Part shown: piece after piece, positions 17,865 through 27,422 of the stretch
Layout: each line of letters starts with the position of its first letter
Numbering within the stretch: position 1 is the stretch's first letter
Source of the DNA: an uncultured Pseudomonadota bacterium
GTDB taxonomy: Bacteria > Vulcanimicrobiota > Vulcanimicrobiia > Eremiobacterales > Eremiobacteraceae
Direction: 5' to 3'
NCBI GenBank assembly: GCA_963736005.1
Contig: CAVTNB010000001.1
Coordinates: 160,001 to 224,000, forward strand
DNA: 64,000 nucleotides
Made by a program: the position numbers and the translations under genes
The notes under the pieces: generated by a model
Told to the model about the DNA's origin: nothing
The model's input: the letters and a program-made list of their open reading frames with translations, nothing else
Databases searched by the model: none

Positions 17865-19157
17865 GTGGCACGACCCATGACCCTTACCGAAAAGATCCTC
17901 GCCGCTCATTCAGGCAACACCGAGGTGAGGCCAGGTGACATCATCTCCATCCAACTCGATCTTGTGATGGCAAACGAGCTCTCGGCAGCTGTGGCCATCA
18001 CCGAGTTTCGAAAAATCAAAGGCGCCACCAAGGTGTGGGACCATTCGAAAATTGCGCTCGTGCCAAGCCACTTTACCCCTAACAAAGATATTGCAACGGC
18101 CACGCTTTCGAAAATGATGCGAGACTTTGCCACCGAGCAGCATATCGAGAATTACTTTGAAGTCGGGCGCGGCGGCATCGAGCATGTGGTGCTGCCGGAA
18201 AACGGGATGATCGGACCGGGCATGACGATCATCGGTGGCGACAGCCACACGACCACCTATGGGGGTCTCGGCGCATTTGCAACCGGTGTTGGCTCGACCG
18301 ACATCGCCGCCGCGTTTGCCATCGGCGAAATGTGGCTGCGAGTGCCGTCAACAATTAAGATTATCTACGAAGGCGGGTTACGCCCATTCGTCTCGGCAAA
18401 GGATCTCATCTTGCGCACGATCTCCGAGCTTGGCGTTGACGGTGCAATCTACGGGGCGCTTGAGTTTACCGGTCCCACGCTCAAGGAGTTGCCAATCAGC
18501 GGTCGCTTTACGATGGCGAACATGTCGATCGAAGCCGGCGCAAAAAATGGAATTTTCCCGGTCGACGCAAGCGCCGAAGCATACTGCGCGGCAGTGGGAA
18601 TGAAAAACTATACCGTGTACCATGCAGATAAAAATGCAGAGTACGAGCGCACGGTGCTCATCGATTGCAGCGTGGTCGAGCCACAGGTCGCCATCCCTTG
18701 GCTGCCCGACAATACAAAAAACGCGTCGGAGCTCAACAATATCGAAATTCAACAAGCCGTTATTGGCACGTGCACCAACGGCCGCATCGAAGACATGCGC
18801 CAGGCGGCCGAGATTCTCAAAGGCAACAAAGTGCACCCAAGCGTGCGCGCCATCGTTATTCCTGGCAGCCAGAAAGTCTATTCTCAGTGTCTTAAGGAAG
18901 GGCTCGCCGAAATCTTTATCGACGCGGGTTGCGTGCTTTCGACCCCAACCTGCGGCCCGTGCGTCGGCGGACACATGGGCGTGCTGGCCGATGGAGAGCG
19001 CTGCATTTCCACGACCAACCGCAACTTCCGTGGCCGCATGGGTCACGTCAAGAGCGAAGTGTATCTCACCGGACCGTACGTCGCCGCCACATCGGCGATC
19101 TTAGGCTACATCGGAAGCCCGGAACAACTTGGAACTCCGATGAAGGCCAGCGCATGA
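17865..19157 (+). CDS. leuC: 3-isopropylmalate dehydratase large subunit (short archaeal/clostridial type)
   Basis: MTLTEKIL, DSHTTTYG, IGTCTNGR, PTCGPCVG and STTNRNFRGRMG motifs. GGAGG SD before GTG 17865. Confidence 0.9.
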   Translation: MARPMTLTEKILAAHSGNTEVRPGDIISIQLDLVMANELSAAVAITEFRKIKGATKVWDHSKIALVPSHFTPNKDIATATLSKMMRDFATEQHIENYFEVGRGGIEHVVLPENGMIGPGMTIIGGDSHTTTYGGLGAFATGVGSTDIAAAFAIGEMWLRVPSTIKIIYEGGLRPFVSAKDLILRTISELGVDGAIYGALEFTGPTLKELPISGRFTMANMSIEAGAKNGIFPVDASAEAYCAAVGMKNYTVYHADKNAEYERTVLIDCSVVEPQVAIPWLPDNTKNASELNNIEIQQAVIGTCTNGRIEDMRQAAEILKGNKVHPSVRAIVIPGSQKVYSQCLKEGLAEIFIDAGCVLSTPTCGPCVGGHMGVLADGERCISTTNRNFRGRMGHVKSEVYLTGPYVAATSAILGYIGSPEQLGTPMKASA

Positions 19158-19660
19158 TCCTCAAAGGCACAGCGCACAAATACGGGAAGAACGTCGATAC
19201 CGACGTCATCATTCCGGGGCGGTATTGCAATCTCATCGATCCGGTCGAGCTGGGGAAGCACGCGCTGGAGGATCTCGACGCAAATTTTACCAAGAAAGCG
19301 AAGCCGGGCGACTTGATCGTCGCTGATACGAACTTTGGTTGCGGCTCGTCGCGCGAGGTGGCAGCGGTAGCGCTCAAGGGAGCCGGCGTCGCAGGCGTTG
19401 TGGCAAAATCGTTTGCTCGCATTTTCTATCGTAACTGCATCAATACGGGCTTGCCGATTTTCGAATGTCCGGAAGGCGTCGACGGCATCAGCGATGGTGA
19501 CACGATTACGGTCGACGCTGACAATGGCAGCATTCGCAACGAGACGACTGGTCGGGACTTCAAAGCGACGCAGTTCCCGAAGTTCATGCAGGACCTCATC
19601 GCCCAAGGCGGGCTCCTCAAGTTCGTGGAGAAACGCCTGGAAGAAAAAGCGAAGCTGTAG
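19154..19660 (+). CDS. leuD: 3-isopropylmalate dehydratase small subunit
   Basis: NVDTDVIIPGRY, NFGCGSSRE and SFARIFYRN motifs. ATGA overlap with leuC. Confidence 0.9.
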   Translation: MILKGTAHKYGKNVDTDVIIPGRYCNLIDPVELGKHALEDLDANFTKKAKPGDLIVADTNFGCGSSREVAAVALKGAGVAGVVAKSFARIFYRNCINTGLPIFECPEGVDGISDGDTITVDADNGSIRNETTGRDFKATQFPKFMQDLIAQGGLLKFVEKRLEEKAKL

Positions 19661-19666
19661 GGGGCG

Positions 19667-20749
19667 ATGCCAACACCCCATCGCATCGCCGTCATTCCGG
19701 GCGATGGCGTCGGACCTGAAGTAACGGCCGAAGGCCTCAAAGTCCTCGCGCAGGCGTCCAAGCTTTTTGGCTTTACCTACGAAACAAGCAACTTTCCGTT
19801 TGGTTCCGAGCACTATCTCATGACCAAGGAACTATTGCCCGAAGGTCAGCTCGAGCGTTTCCGCGAGTATAGTGCGATCTTGCTGGGCGCGATTGGAGAT
19901 CCGCGCTTACCGCCGGGATTGGTCGAACGCGGGGTCATTGCGGCGATGCGTTTTGGCTTGGATCTTTACATCAACCTCCGGCCTATCAAGCTCTATGCGG
20001 AGCGGCTCTGCCCCATCAAGGGCAAAACGCCGGCCGACGTCGACATGGTCGTCGTGCGCGAGAACACGGAGGATCTCTACACAGGGATGGGCGGCTACTT
20101 CAAACGCGGCACGCCAGATGAAGTCGTCATTGCGAACCAAATCTTCACCCGCAAGGGATGCGAGCGGGCGGTGCGCTACGCGTTTGCTGTAGCGACGAAA
20201 CGCGGCAAGCGCAAAAAGCTCACGCTCGTCGATAAGGCCAATGCGATCGAGGTCCAAGGACTGTGGCGGCGCACGGTGGAGGAAGTCGCGCCCGACTTTC
20301 CGGACGTAACCTTCGAGTTCGCGTATGTCGACGCGGCGTGCATGTGGATGGTAAAAAACCCAGAGTCATTCGACGTGATCGTGACGCCGAATCTCTTCGG
20401 CGACATTATTACCGACCTCGGTGCGATGGTGCAGGGAGGCATGGGTGTCGCAGCTTCGGGCAATATTCATCCGGGAAGAGTTTCGCTCTTCGAGCCCATT
20501 CACGGATCGGCGCCAAAATATAAAGGGAAAAATGTTGTCAGCCCCATCGCAGCCATCGCAGCGGTGGGCATGATGCTCGAGTATTTGGGCGAGGGGCAAG
20601 CGGCGAACGCAATCGAGTCGAGCATCGCGCAGCTTTTGGCAAGCGAGCGCATTCCCTCGCTGGATGCGTCGAGCGGCTTGCAAACATCGGAAATCGGCGA
20701 TATGGTGTGCGTTGAATTGGGCGCCCACGCACCCGCCAAGGCCATGTAG
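19667..20749 (+). CDS. leuB: 3-isopropylmalate dehydrogenase
   Basis: IPGDGVGPEV, ERG...RFGLDLYINLRP, RENTED, DKAN, NLFGDIITD and EPIHGSAP motifs. Follows leuCD. Confidence 0.85.
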   Translation: MPTPHRIAVIPGDGVGPEVTAEGLKVLAQASKLFGFTYETSNFPFGSEHYLMTKELLPEGQLERFREYSAILLGAIGDPRLPPGLVERGVIAAMRFGLDLYINLRPIKLYAERLCPIKGKTPADVDMVVVRENTEDLYTGMGGYFKRGTPDEVVIANQIFTRKGCERAVRYAFAVATKRGKRKKLTLVDKANAIEVQGLWRRTVEEVAPDFPDVTFEFAYVDAACMWMVKNPESFDVIVTPNLFGDIITDLGAMVQGGMGVAASGNIHPGRVSLFEPIHGSAPKYKGKNVVSPIAAIAAVGMMLEYLGEGQAANAIESSIAQLLASERIPSLDASSGLQTSEIGDMVCVELGAHAPAKAM

Positions 20750-20800
20750 GGGGCGATTGGAAAATCGCCACCGGGGTAACGGGCGACTGTAAAGTCACCC
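20746..20800 (+). repeat. Two tandem family C GTAG-palindromes
   Basis: GTAGGGGGCGATTGGAAAATCGCC (its TAG is the leuB stop) and GTAACGGGCGACTGTAAAGTCACCC. Confidence 0.8.
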
Positions 20801-20811
20801 AAGGGGATAGT

Positions 20812-22002
20812 ATGAAGAACGGTACCTCAGTCGTCATCGTCAACGGAGCGCGCACTCCGTTCGGTAATTTTGGAGGAGCTTTGCGTGACGTCACGGCCAT
20901 CGACCTTGGCGTGGTTGCATCCAAGGCAGCCATGAGTAGAAGTGGCGTTCCAGCAGAGCGGATCGATCAGGTCATCTTCGGCAACGTCATGCAGACCAGC
21001 GCGGATGGGATTTACGGAGCCCGTCACGTTGGACTAAAGGCGGGTTGCCGCATCGAAACCTCGGCGTTGACGGTCAACCGATTGTGCGGGTCTGGATTGC
21101 AAGCAATCATTAGCGGCGCAGAGCAACTGCTGCTCGGCCAGGCGACGTACGTGCTCGCCGGGGGCATGGAGAATATGAGCCAGGCACCGCACGTCATTCG
21201 CGGCGCACGCTGGGGACTAGCGCTCGGTCAGGGTAAGCTTGAGGATTCGCTCTGGGAAGGGCTGACGGACAGCTACAACAACATGCCGATGGCGATCACT
21301 GCGGAAAATCTCGCTCGCCAGTATGAAATCAGCCGGCAGGCATCGGATGAATTTGCACTGCGCTCGCACCGCGCAGCTGTGCGGTCTTCAGAAGACGGAT
21401 TTTATGCGCAAGAAATCGCGCCGGTGGAAGTCAGCGGGCGCAAGGGACCGATAATCATCGACAAAGATGAAGGTCCTCGGCCCGACACCTCCGGTGAGAA
21501 GCTCGCGAAACTGTCGCCGCGCTTCAAAAAAGATGGAGTCGTCACTGCGGGCAACGCAAGCGGTATCACCGATGGCGCTGCCGCAGTTGTGCTCACGACG
21601 GCCGAACAGGCAGAGCGCGACGGGTTGCAACCGCTCGGACGTCTGATCGGTTGGGCAAGCGTCGGCGTGGACCCGGACGTGATGGGAATCGGACCTGCCT
21701 TTGCGATTCCGCAGGCGCTCAAGCGCGCCGGCTTCGACCTCGATCAAATTGATATTTTTGAAATCAATGAAGCGTTCGCGCCGCAGGTCCTTGCTTGCGT
21801 TGACGAACTCCACCTCGATGAGAACAAGCTCAATCCCAACGGCGGCGCGATCTCACTGGGCCACCCCTTGGCTGCAAGTGGTGCGCGCCTGGCCTACACG
21901 CTCCTCCACGAGCTCAACCGCAGCAAAAAGAAGTATGGTACCGCAAGCGCGTGCATTGGCGGCGGCCAAGGAATCGCAGCCGTTTTCGAAGCGTTCCCTT
22001 AA
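20812..22002 (+). CDS. Acetyl-CoA C-acyltransferase (thiolase)
   Basis: NRLCGSG, EINEAFA, GHPLAASG and CIGGGQG motifs. Confidence 0.93.
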   Translation: MKNGTSVVIVNGARTPFGNFGGALRDVTAIDLGVVASKAAMSRSGVPAERIDQVIFGNVMQTSADGIYGARHVGLKAGCRIETSALTVNRLCGSGLQAIISGAEQLLLGQATYVLAGGMENMSQAPHVIRGARWGLALGQGKLEDSLWEGLTDSYNNMPMAITAENLARQYEISRQASDEFALRSHRAAVRSSEDGFYAQEIAPVEVSGRKGPIIIDKDEGPRPDTSGEKLAKLSPRFKKDGVVTAGNASGITDGAAAVVLTTAEQAERDGLQPLGRLIGWASVGVDPDVMGIGPAFAIPQALKRAGFDLDQIDIFEINEAFAPQVLACVDELHLDENKLNPNGGAISLGHPLAASGARLAYTLLHELNRSKKKYGTASACIGGGQGIAAVFEAFP

Positions 22003-22020
22003 CCTCGCACTGCGCGGAGG

Positions 22021-22806
22021 CTAGTTGCCGGTAAAGTGCGGTGCTCGCTTTTCCAGAAACGCTTTGGTGCCTTCGCGCGCATCGGCGGTCGTTGCGATGC
22101 TTCCGAAAGCCTCTGCTTCGATTTCGAGCGCCGAGTGAAGATCGGTTTGAAGGCCCTTGTGAATGACTTTTTTGGTGAGCTCGATGGCCTTTGGGCCCTT
22201 GCTCGCAACGACTGAAGCAATGCGTTTGCTTTCTGCCATGACCTGATCTGGCGGGACGACCTTCTCAACCAGATTCGCTGCTTTCGCCTCTTCGGCGCCG
22301 ATCATTTCCCCGGTCAGCAACAAATACGAGCCCATGCCTTGGCCCACCAATCGCGGGAGTCGCTGCGTACCGCCGAATCCCCCGATGATGCCAAGACTCA
22401 CCTCCGGCTGACCAAGCTTTGCGGTCGAAGCTACGACGCGAATATCTCCCGCCATTGCAAGTTCAAGCCCACCGCCGAGGGCGAAGCCGTTGATGGCCAT
22501 GATAATCGGAAGGCGAGAATGTTCCAGTCGCTCGGTGATATGGTGGCCTGCCCTCGCTTTCTGCGTCGCGCTCTCGGAATCGCGGAGGTTTGCCAGCTCG
22601 CCAATGTCGGCTCCGGCGACAAAAGCTTTGTCACCCGCGCCGGTGATGATCACGCAGCGTACCGATACGTCGGCTTCCAGCTCATCAAAAGCGGCAAGAA
22701 GATCCTTGAACACTTGGGCGTTGAGCGCGTTGAGCGCCTTGGGCCGGTTGATCGTGATGATCGCAGTGGGTCCATCTCGCTCCACAAGCAGGGTTTCGTA
22801 CGCCAT
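22021..22806 (-). CDS. Enoyl-CoA hydratase (crotonase)
   Basis: INRPKALNALN, AFVAGADI, ALGGGLELAMAGD and QPEVSLG motifs. Confidence 0.9.
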   Translation of the reverse strand: MAYETLLVERDGPTAIITINRPKALNALNAQVFKDLLAAFDELEADVSVRCVIITGAGDKAFVAGADIGELANLRDSESATQKARAGHHITERLEHSRLPIIMAINGFALGGGLELAMAGDIRVVASTAKLGQPEVSLGIIGGFGGTQRLPRLVGQGMGSYLLLTGEMIGAEEAKAANLVEKVVPPDQVMAESKRIASVVASKGPKAIELTKKVIHKGLQTDLHSALEIEAEAFGSIATTADAREGTKAFLEKRAPHFTGN

Positions 22807-22821
22807 GAGCATCTCCTCAAA

Positions 22822-22847
22822 GCGCGCGAATAAATTCGCGCGACTAC
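22822..22847 (-). repeat. Family B GTAG-palindrome
   Basis: Minus strand reads GTAGTC-GCGCGAAT-TT-ATTCGCGC. Confidence 0.8.
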
Positions 22848-22862
22848 ATTTCGTTTGGAAGT

Positions 22863-23717
22863 TTACGGATAATCGTAGAAGCCTTTACCGCTTTTGCGGC
22901 CGTACTGGCCGGCGAGCACCATGCGTTTGAGTAGTGGGGGTGGCGCCATCAGCGGATCCTTGAATTCGTCGAACATGATTTCGGCGATGTAGTACGTCGT
23001 GTCAAGGCCGACAAAGTCCAGGAGCGTGAGCGGTCCCATGGGATGACCGCAGCCGAGCTTCATGCCTTCATCAATGTCTTCTTTGGTGGCGAGACCAGAT
23101 TCGTACATGCGGATCGCATACAAAAGGTAGGGCACGAGCAGCCGGTTGACGATAAACCCGGGCGTATCTTGTGCCAGGATCGGTTTCTTGCCGACCTTCA
23201 CGGAAAAATGGAAGAGCGTATCGATCGTCTCCTGGCTCGTCACGATGGTCTTGACCACCTCGACGAGCTTCATGATCGGGACCGGATTGAAGAAGTGCAA
23301 GCCGGCAACTTGTTTGGGTCGCTTGGTGGCGGCCGCCATCTCGATGATGCATAAACTCGATGTGTTCGAGCAGATGATAGCGTGTGGCGCTAGCAATGCA
23401 TCGAGCTTCTTAAAAAGTTCCTTCTTGGCGGGCATGTTTTCAATAATCGCTTCGATGACCAGATCGCTCTCCTTGAGATCTTCGAGACGCGTCGTTGGTT
23501 TGAGCTTGGCAAGCGTCTCATCGCGATGTGCTGCGCTGATGGCGCCTTTCTCAACGAATTTGTCGAGCGATTTTTTGATGCCGGCCATCCCGCGATCAAG
23601 AGCCGCCTGATCCGCTTCAAGGACAACCACATCGAAGCCGGCGGTGGCGGCGACCTGCGCGATGCCCGAACCCATGAGGCCGTTGCCGCAGACCCCGATT
23701 CGTTGCAATTGTGGCAT
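22863..23717 (-). CDS. 3-hydroxybutyryl-CoA / 3-hydroxyacyl-CoA dehydrogenase
   Basis: GNGLMGSGIAQ, EAIIE, SNTSS, GLHFFNP, GFIVNRLL and PMGPL motifs. Confidence 0.92.
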   Translation of the reverse strand: MPQLQRIGVCGNGLMGSGIAQVAATAGFDVVVLEADQAALDRGMAGIKKSLDKFVEKGAISAAHRDETLAKLKPTTRLEDLKESDLVIEAIIENMPAKKELFKKLDALLAPHAIICSNTSSLCIIEMAAATKRPKQVAGLHFFNPVPIMKLVEVVKTIVTSQETIDTLFHFSVKVGKKPILAQDTPGFIVNRLLVPYLLYAIRMYESGLATKEDIDEGMKLGCGHPMGPLTLLDFVGLDTTYYIAEIMFDEFKDPLMAPPPLLKRMVLAGQYGRKSGKGFYDYP

Positions 23718-23739
23718 TCCAGATCTCCCTTCATTGGTG

Positions 23740-23764
23740 GGGCGACTTGACGGTCGTCCACTAC
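23740..23764 (-). repeat. Family C GTAG-palindrome (degenerate)
   Basis: GGGCGACTTGACGGTCGTCCACTAC on the plus strand. Confidence 0.7.
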
Positions 23765-23777
23765 AGAGCAGACGAGC

Positions 23778-24971
23778 TCAAGCCGAATACGGCGGGAGCT
23801 CGCAGCGGACCGGCTTGTCGCGGCGATACCCTAGCGCATACTCGCCGTGCATGAGCTTTTGAATCTCCCGCGAGCCCTCATACACGACTGCGCCGCGTGA
23901 ATTTCGCAAGAAGCGGGCCACCGGATATTCGTCGGAAAACCCATAGGCCCCGTGGATTTCCAACGCATCATCGGCTGCCTTGTTTGAAGCATCGCACGCA
24001 AACCACTTTGCAAGCGAGGTTTCTCGAGTGTTGCGCAGCCCTTTGTTCTTCATCCATCCTGCGCGCAGATAGAGTAGCCGCGACGCGTCGTAACTCGCGG
24101 TCATGCCGGCAACCATCTCTTGGATGAGCTGATGCCGTCCAATCGGCGCGCCAAACGTGGTCCGCTCGTTTGCATATTTGACCGACGCGTCAAGGCACGC
24201 CCGAATCAACCCAGTTGCGCCAGCGGCAACTGTGTAGCGACCGTTCTCGAGGCAGGTCATCGCGATGTAGAATCCTTCACCCTCGTGACCCAGACGATTG
24301 CGTTCGGGAACTCGCAAGTCGGTAAACGATAGTCCCCCAGTGTCGCCGGCTCGAACGCCATACTTGTGCTTGATTGCAAACGTGTGCAGCTGCTCGCCGG
24401 CGGTTGTGCGCTCCACCACAAATGCGCTGATCCCGCGCTTGCCTGCATCGGGATCGGTTTTGGCAAAGAGTAAGAACGTGTCGGCCTGGGTAGCGCATGA
24501 GATCCAGATCTTCGAACCGTTCAACACGTACTCGTCGCCGTCGCGCTTCGCAGTGCTTCGTAGAGCCCCCACGTCCGAACCCGCATCCGGCTCAGTCAGT
24601 CCAAACGCGCCGAGCTTCTCTCCGGACGCAAGCGGGCGGAGCAAGCGTTGTTTTTGCTCCTCGGTTCCCCATTGGTAGATGCCGCAGCCCGCGAGGCCGA
24701 TATGCACTGACATCATCGTCCGCAAGGCAGTGTCGCAATATTCGAGCTCCTCGCACACGAGGCCAAGCGTGACATAATCGAGACCCGCACCGCCATACGC
24801 GTGAGGAAATGGCAGACCCACGACCCCCATGGTTGCAAGCTTTTGAAATGCCCCGGGCAAGGGAGTGCTCGCACTTTCGCTGCGTGCCACGTCGGGAAGA
24901 ATTTGTTCGGCAAGATAGCGTCGCACGTTGGCAACGAGATCGCGCTGCTCGTCTGTAAGCGCAAAGTCCAG
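23778..24971 (-). CDS. Acyl-CoA dehydrogenase; probable CTG start (alternative ATG 24995)
   Basis: DFALTDEQ N-terminus, FGLTEPDAGSD, NGSKIWIS, RTTFGAPIG and VYEGSREIQ motifs. GGAGGT lies 8 nt before CTG 24971. Confidence 0.9.
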   Translation of the reverse strand: MDFALTDEQRDLVANVRRYLAEQILPDVARSESASTPLPGAFQKLATMGVVGLPFPHAYGGAGLDYVTLGLVCEELEYCDTALRTMMSVHIGLAGCGIYQWGTEEQKQRLLRPLASGEKLGAFGLTEPDAGSDVGALRSTAKRDGDEYVLNGSKIWISCATQADTFLLFAKTDPDAGKRGISAFVVERTTAGEQLHTFAIKHKYGVRAGDTGGLSFTDLRVPERNRLGHEGEGFYIAMTCLENGRYTVAAGATGLIRACLDASVKYANERTTFGAPIGRHQLIQEMVAGMTASYDASRLLYLRAGWMKNKGLRNTRETSLAKWFACDASNKAADDALEIHGAYGFSDEYPVARFLRNSRGAVVYEGSREIQKLMHGEYALGYRRDKPVRCELPPYSA

Positions 24972-25043
24972 GACGCATGACCTCCGGCGGCGCATGAGTT
25001 TTGCCGCGGGTGGGCGCCACTCCCGCGCAGAAGCCGTGGCGCC

Positions 25044-26705
25044 ATGCGCACAAGCTTGAGAATGTTCGACTTTGCGCGCATCGCGGCGAGCGTTGTCGCG
25101 GTGGCGCTCCTTGGGTTTGCAACCGGCTGCACGAAGGTGGCGACCTCTGTGAGTTCAGGTCGCCAAAACGAGGGCACCCCGGGAATCTTACGGATTTCAG
25201 ACATCTCCGACCCATCGACGCTCAACCCGATGTTCAGCGGTGCCGATGTCGCTTACCAACTGTCAGCGTATACCCTCGAGTACTTGGTCCAGCTTGATGA
25301 CAGCGGGCGCGTGATTCCGGTGCTGTGTCAGCGGGTGCCAAGCGTAGAGAATGGTGACATTAGCCACGATGGACTGACGGTAACCTACCATCTCCGGCAT
25401 GGAGTGACGTGGTCTGACGGCGTGCCGTTTACCGCAAACGACATCATCGCATCTTGGCGAGCGGTCATGAATCCGCTCAATAACGTCATCATCCGCGAAG
25501 GATATGACGCCATAGCGCGCATCGACGCGCCCGATCCATACACGGCAGTCGTCCACCTCAAGCGTCCGTATGCGTCGTTGCCCACGCGCTTTTTTTCTGG
25601 GATACAAGAAGGGCCGATCGCCGTGATGCCGGCGCACATCATCGCCCATGTGAGCGACCTCAACCGCGCTCCCTTCAACGCAAGTCCGATTGGCACAGGT
25701 CCGTTCATCGTGAAATCGTGGGAACGCAACGGCCGCATGATCTTCGTTGCCAATCCACACTACTGGCGCGGCAAACCAAAGCTGCAAGAAATCATTTTCC
25801 AGGCGCAGCCGTCAACCGCGACCGAACTTGTCGGATTCGAAACGCACGAGATCGATGCAGATCTCGACGCCGGCCCTGGCAGACTGCCTGAATACAGCAC
25901 GCTTCCAGGCATGCACGTCCTTACGTCACGAAGCTTGAGGCTGTCTGTCGGCGTCATGAACTGTCAGAAATTTCCTTTCAACGATGTCCACGTGCGCCAT
26001 GCGTTCGGGTTTGCTATCGATCGAGCCGCCGTGCTGCATGACGTCTACCACGACGCCGGCGTCATAGCTGACGAGTTCGTGCCGAAATGGTCGTGGGCGT
26101 ACACGCCGGATGTCCCTCACTATCCATTTGACGTGGCGAAGGCGAACGCCGAACTCGAAGCAGCCGGCTTCGTTCGCGGCCCAGACGGCATACGCTACCG
26201 CAATGGACAAGCGTTGAGCGTCGTGTTGGTTGCCGTCGGCGGGGATCAGCCAGGGGCGAGGCTCGACGCCATGGTGCAGGCTTTTCTTCATACCGTCGGA
26301 TTTGCCGTGACGATCAAAGACTATCCCTACGGCCTGATTTTCGATAATACTGGGCCGATCCGGACGGGGAACTACAACCTCGCCTTCTATAGCTACAGCG
26401 TCAATTTCGACCCGTCGTCGCTTGACGATTTCGGTTGCGCTTGGTTCGCGCCCAACGGGGGAAATGATTCGAGATTCTGCGATCCGCAAACCGACAAACT
26501 TGAAGACGCGGCCCTTGCCACGACCAACCCCGCCAAGCGAAAAGCCCTCTACGCAAAAATCCAACGGCGCTACATGACCGATTTGCCCACGCTCCCAATA
26601 TTCTTCCGAGATCGTGTTGGCGTCGTCACAACTAATCTGCAAAATTACACGGCGTCGAACGGCATCATACCGCAGTGGAACGCTTGGCAATGGTCAATGC
26701 GCTAG
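25044..26705 (+). CDS. Peptide ABC transporter substrate-binding lipoprotein (family 5)
   Basis: Lipobox FATGC. LRHGVTWSDGVPFTAND, PIGTGPF, NPHYW and VRHAFGFAIDR motifs. No adjacent permease genes. Confidence 0.9.
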   Translation: MRTSLRMFDFARIAASVVAVALLGFATGCTKVATSVSSGRQNEGTPGILRISDISDPSTLNPMFSGADVAYQLSAYTLEYLVQLDDSGRVIPVLCQRVPSVENGDISHDGLTVTYHLRHGVTWSDGVPFTANDIIASWRAVMNPLNNVIIREGYDAIARIDAPDPYTAVVHLKRPYASLPTRFFSGIQEGPIAVMPAHIIAHVSDLNRAPFNASPIGTGPFIVKSWERNGRMIFVANPHYWRGKPKLQEIIFQAQPSTATELVGFETHEIDADLDAGPGRLPEYSTLPGMHVLTSRSLRLSVGVMNCQKFPFNDVHVRHAFGFAIDRAAVLHDVYHDAGVIADEFVPKWSWAYTPDVPHYPFDVAKANAELEAAGFVRGPDGIRYRNGQALSVVLVAVGGDQPGARLDAMVQAFLHTVGFAVTIKDYPYGLIFDNTGPIRTGNYNLAFYSYSVNFDPSSLDDFGCAWFAPNGGNDSRFCDPQTDKLEDAALATTNPAKRKALYAKIQRRYMTDLPTLPIFFRDRVGVVTTNLQNYTASNGIIPQWNAWQWSMR

Positions 26706-26830
26706 CACGTCATATGACGCGATCGCAACTGTGCGGTCTATCACCTGGCCAAAACTAACTCGCGCTCGAAACTAGCTCGATAGTTTCCTTAGGACCACTT
26801 CCGCGGTCCGTCGCGCGAGGACGTGCATTC

Positions 26831-27352
26831 GTGAACCCAATCATCGGTTTCATCTCGATCATCGCGGCCCTCATTTTGCCTTTTCTCGCGCCAGCACCCC
26901 AACAAAAAAGCGAAGATCCGATTCCAGGCATTCGCGCGCGCCTCATCAATCAGATCAACGCCCATCGCCACGCCTATGGCCTGAGCTCGCTGACGTTAGA
27001 TCCCGTCGCCGAGCGCGCCGCACAGTTTCAAGCCCTCTACATGGAGTCGAGCGGCGTGATGCGTCATGACGATCCCGACGGTCGTTCGCCGATGGAGCGT
27101 TACGCAGATCTGGGCGGGCACCCAGCCTTGTATGGTGAAAACGTGGCGTACTACGGAGATTCTTTCACGGAAACGGACGCCGTGTGGCAAGCAGTTTCAA
27201 AACTCGACGCCATGATGATGGCAGAGCGCCCACCATCTGACGGCCATCGCGAGAACATTCTTTCGCCCGACTACCGAGCGATCGGTATCGGTGTTGCCGT
27301 CGGCCCCAACGGCATCTACATAGCAGAAGATTTCGTCACGCCCCAGTCCTAG
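26831..27352 (+). CDS. CAP (SCP) domain secreted protein
   Basis: Signal peptide. INAHRHAYGL, GENVA and GHRENILSPDYRAIGIG motifs. Confidence 0.85.
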   Translation: MNPIIGFISIIAALILPFLAPAPQQKSEDPIPGIRARLINQINAHRHAYGLSSLTLDPVAERAAQFQALYMESSGVMRHDDPDGRSPMERYADLGGHPALYGENVAYYGDSFTETDAVWQAVSKLDAMMMAERPPSDGHRENILSPDYRAIGIGVAVGPNGIYIAEDFVTPQS

Positions 27353-27422
27353 CGCACACGCGTCGAAATTCATTGGAGCGAAAAAGGTCCGGCGAGGCTT
27401 TGCGCCAAGGCATTGTTTCGTC

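Noticed and set aside
26708..26719. Perfect 12-bp palindrome CGTCATATGACG after the substrate-binding protein gene
   Set aside because: It occurs once, with no U-tract or known operator match, and could be chance.
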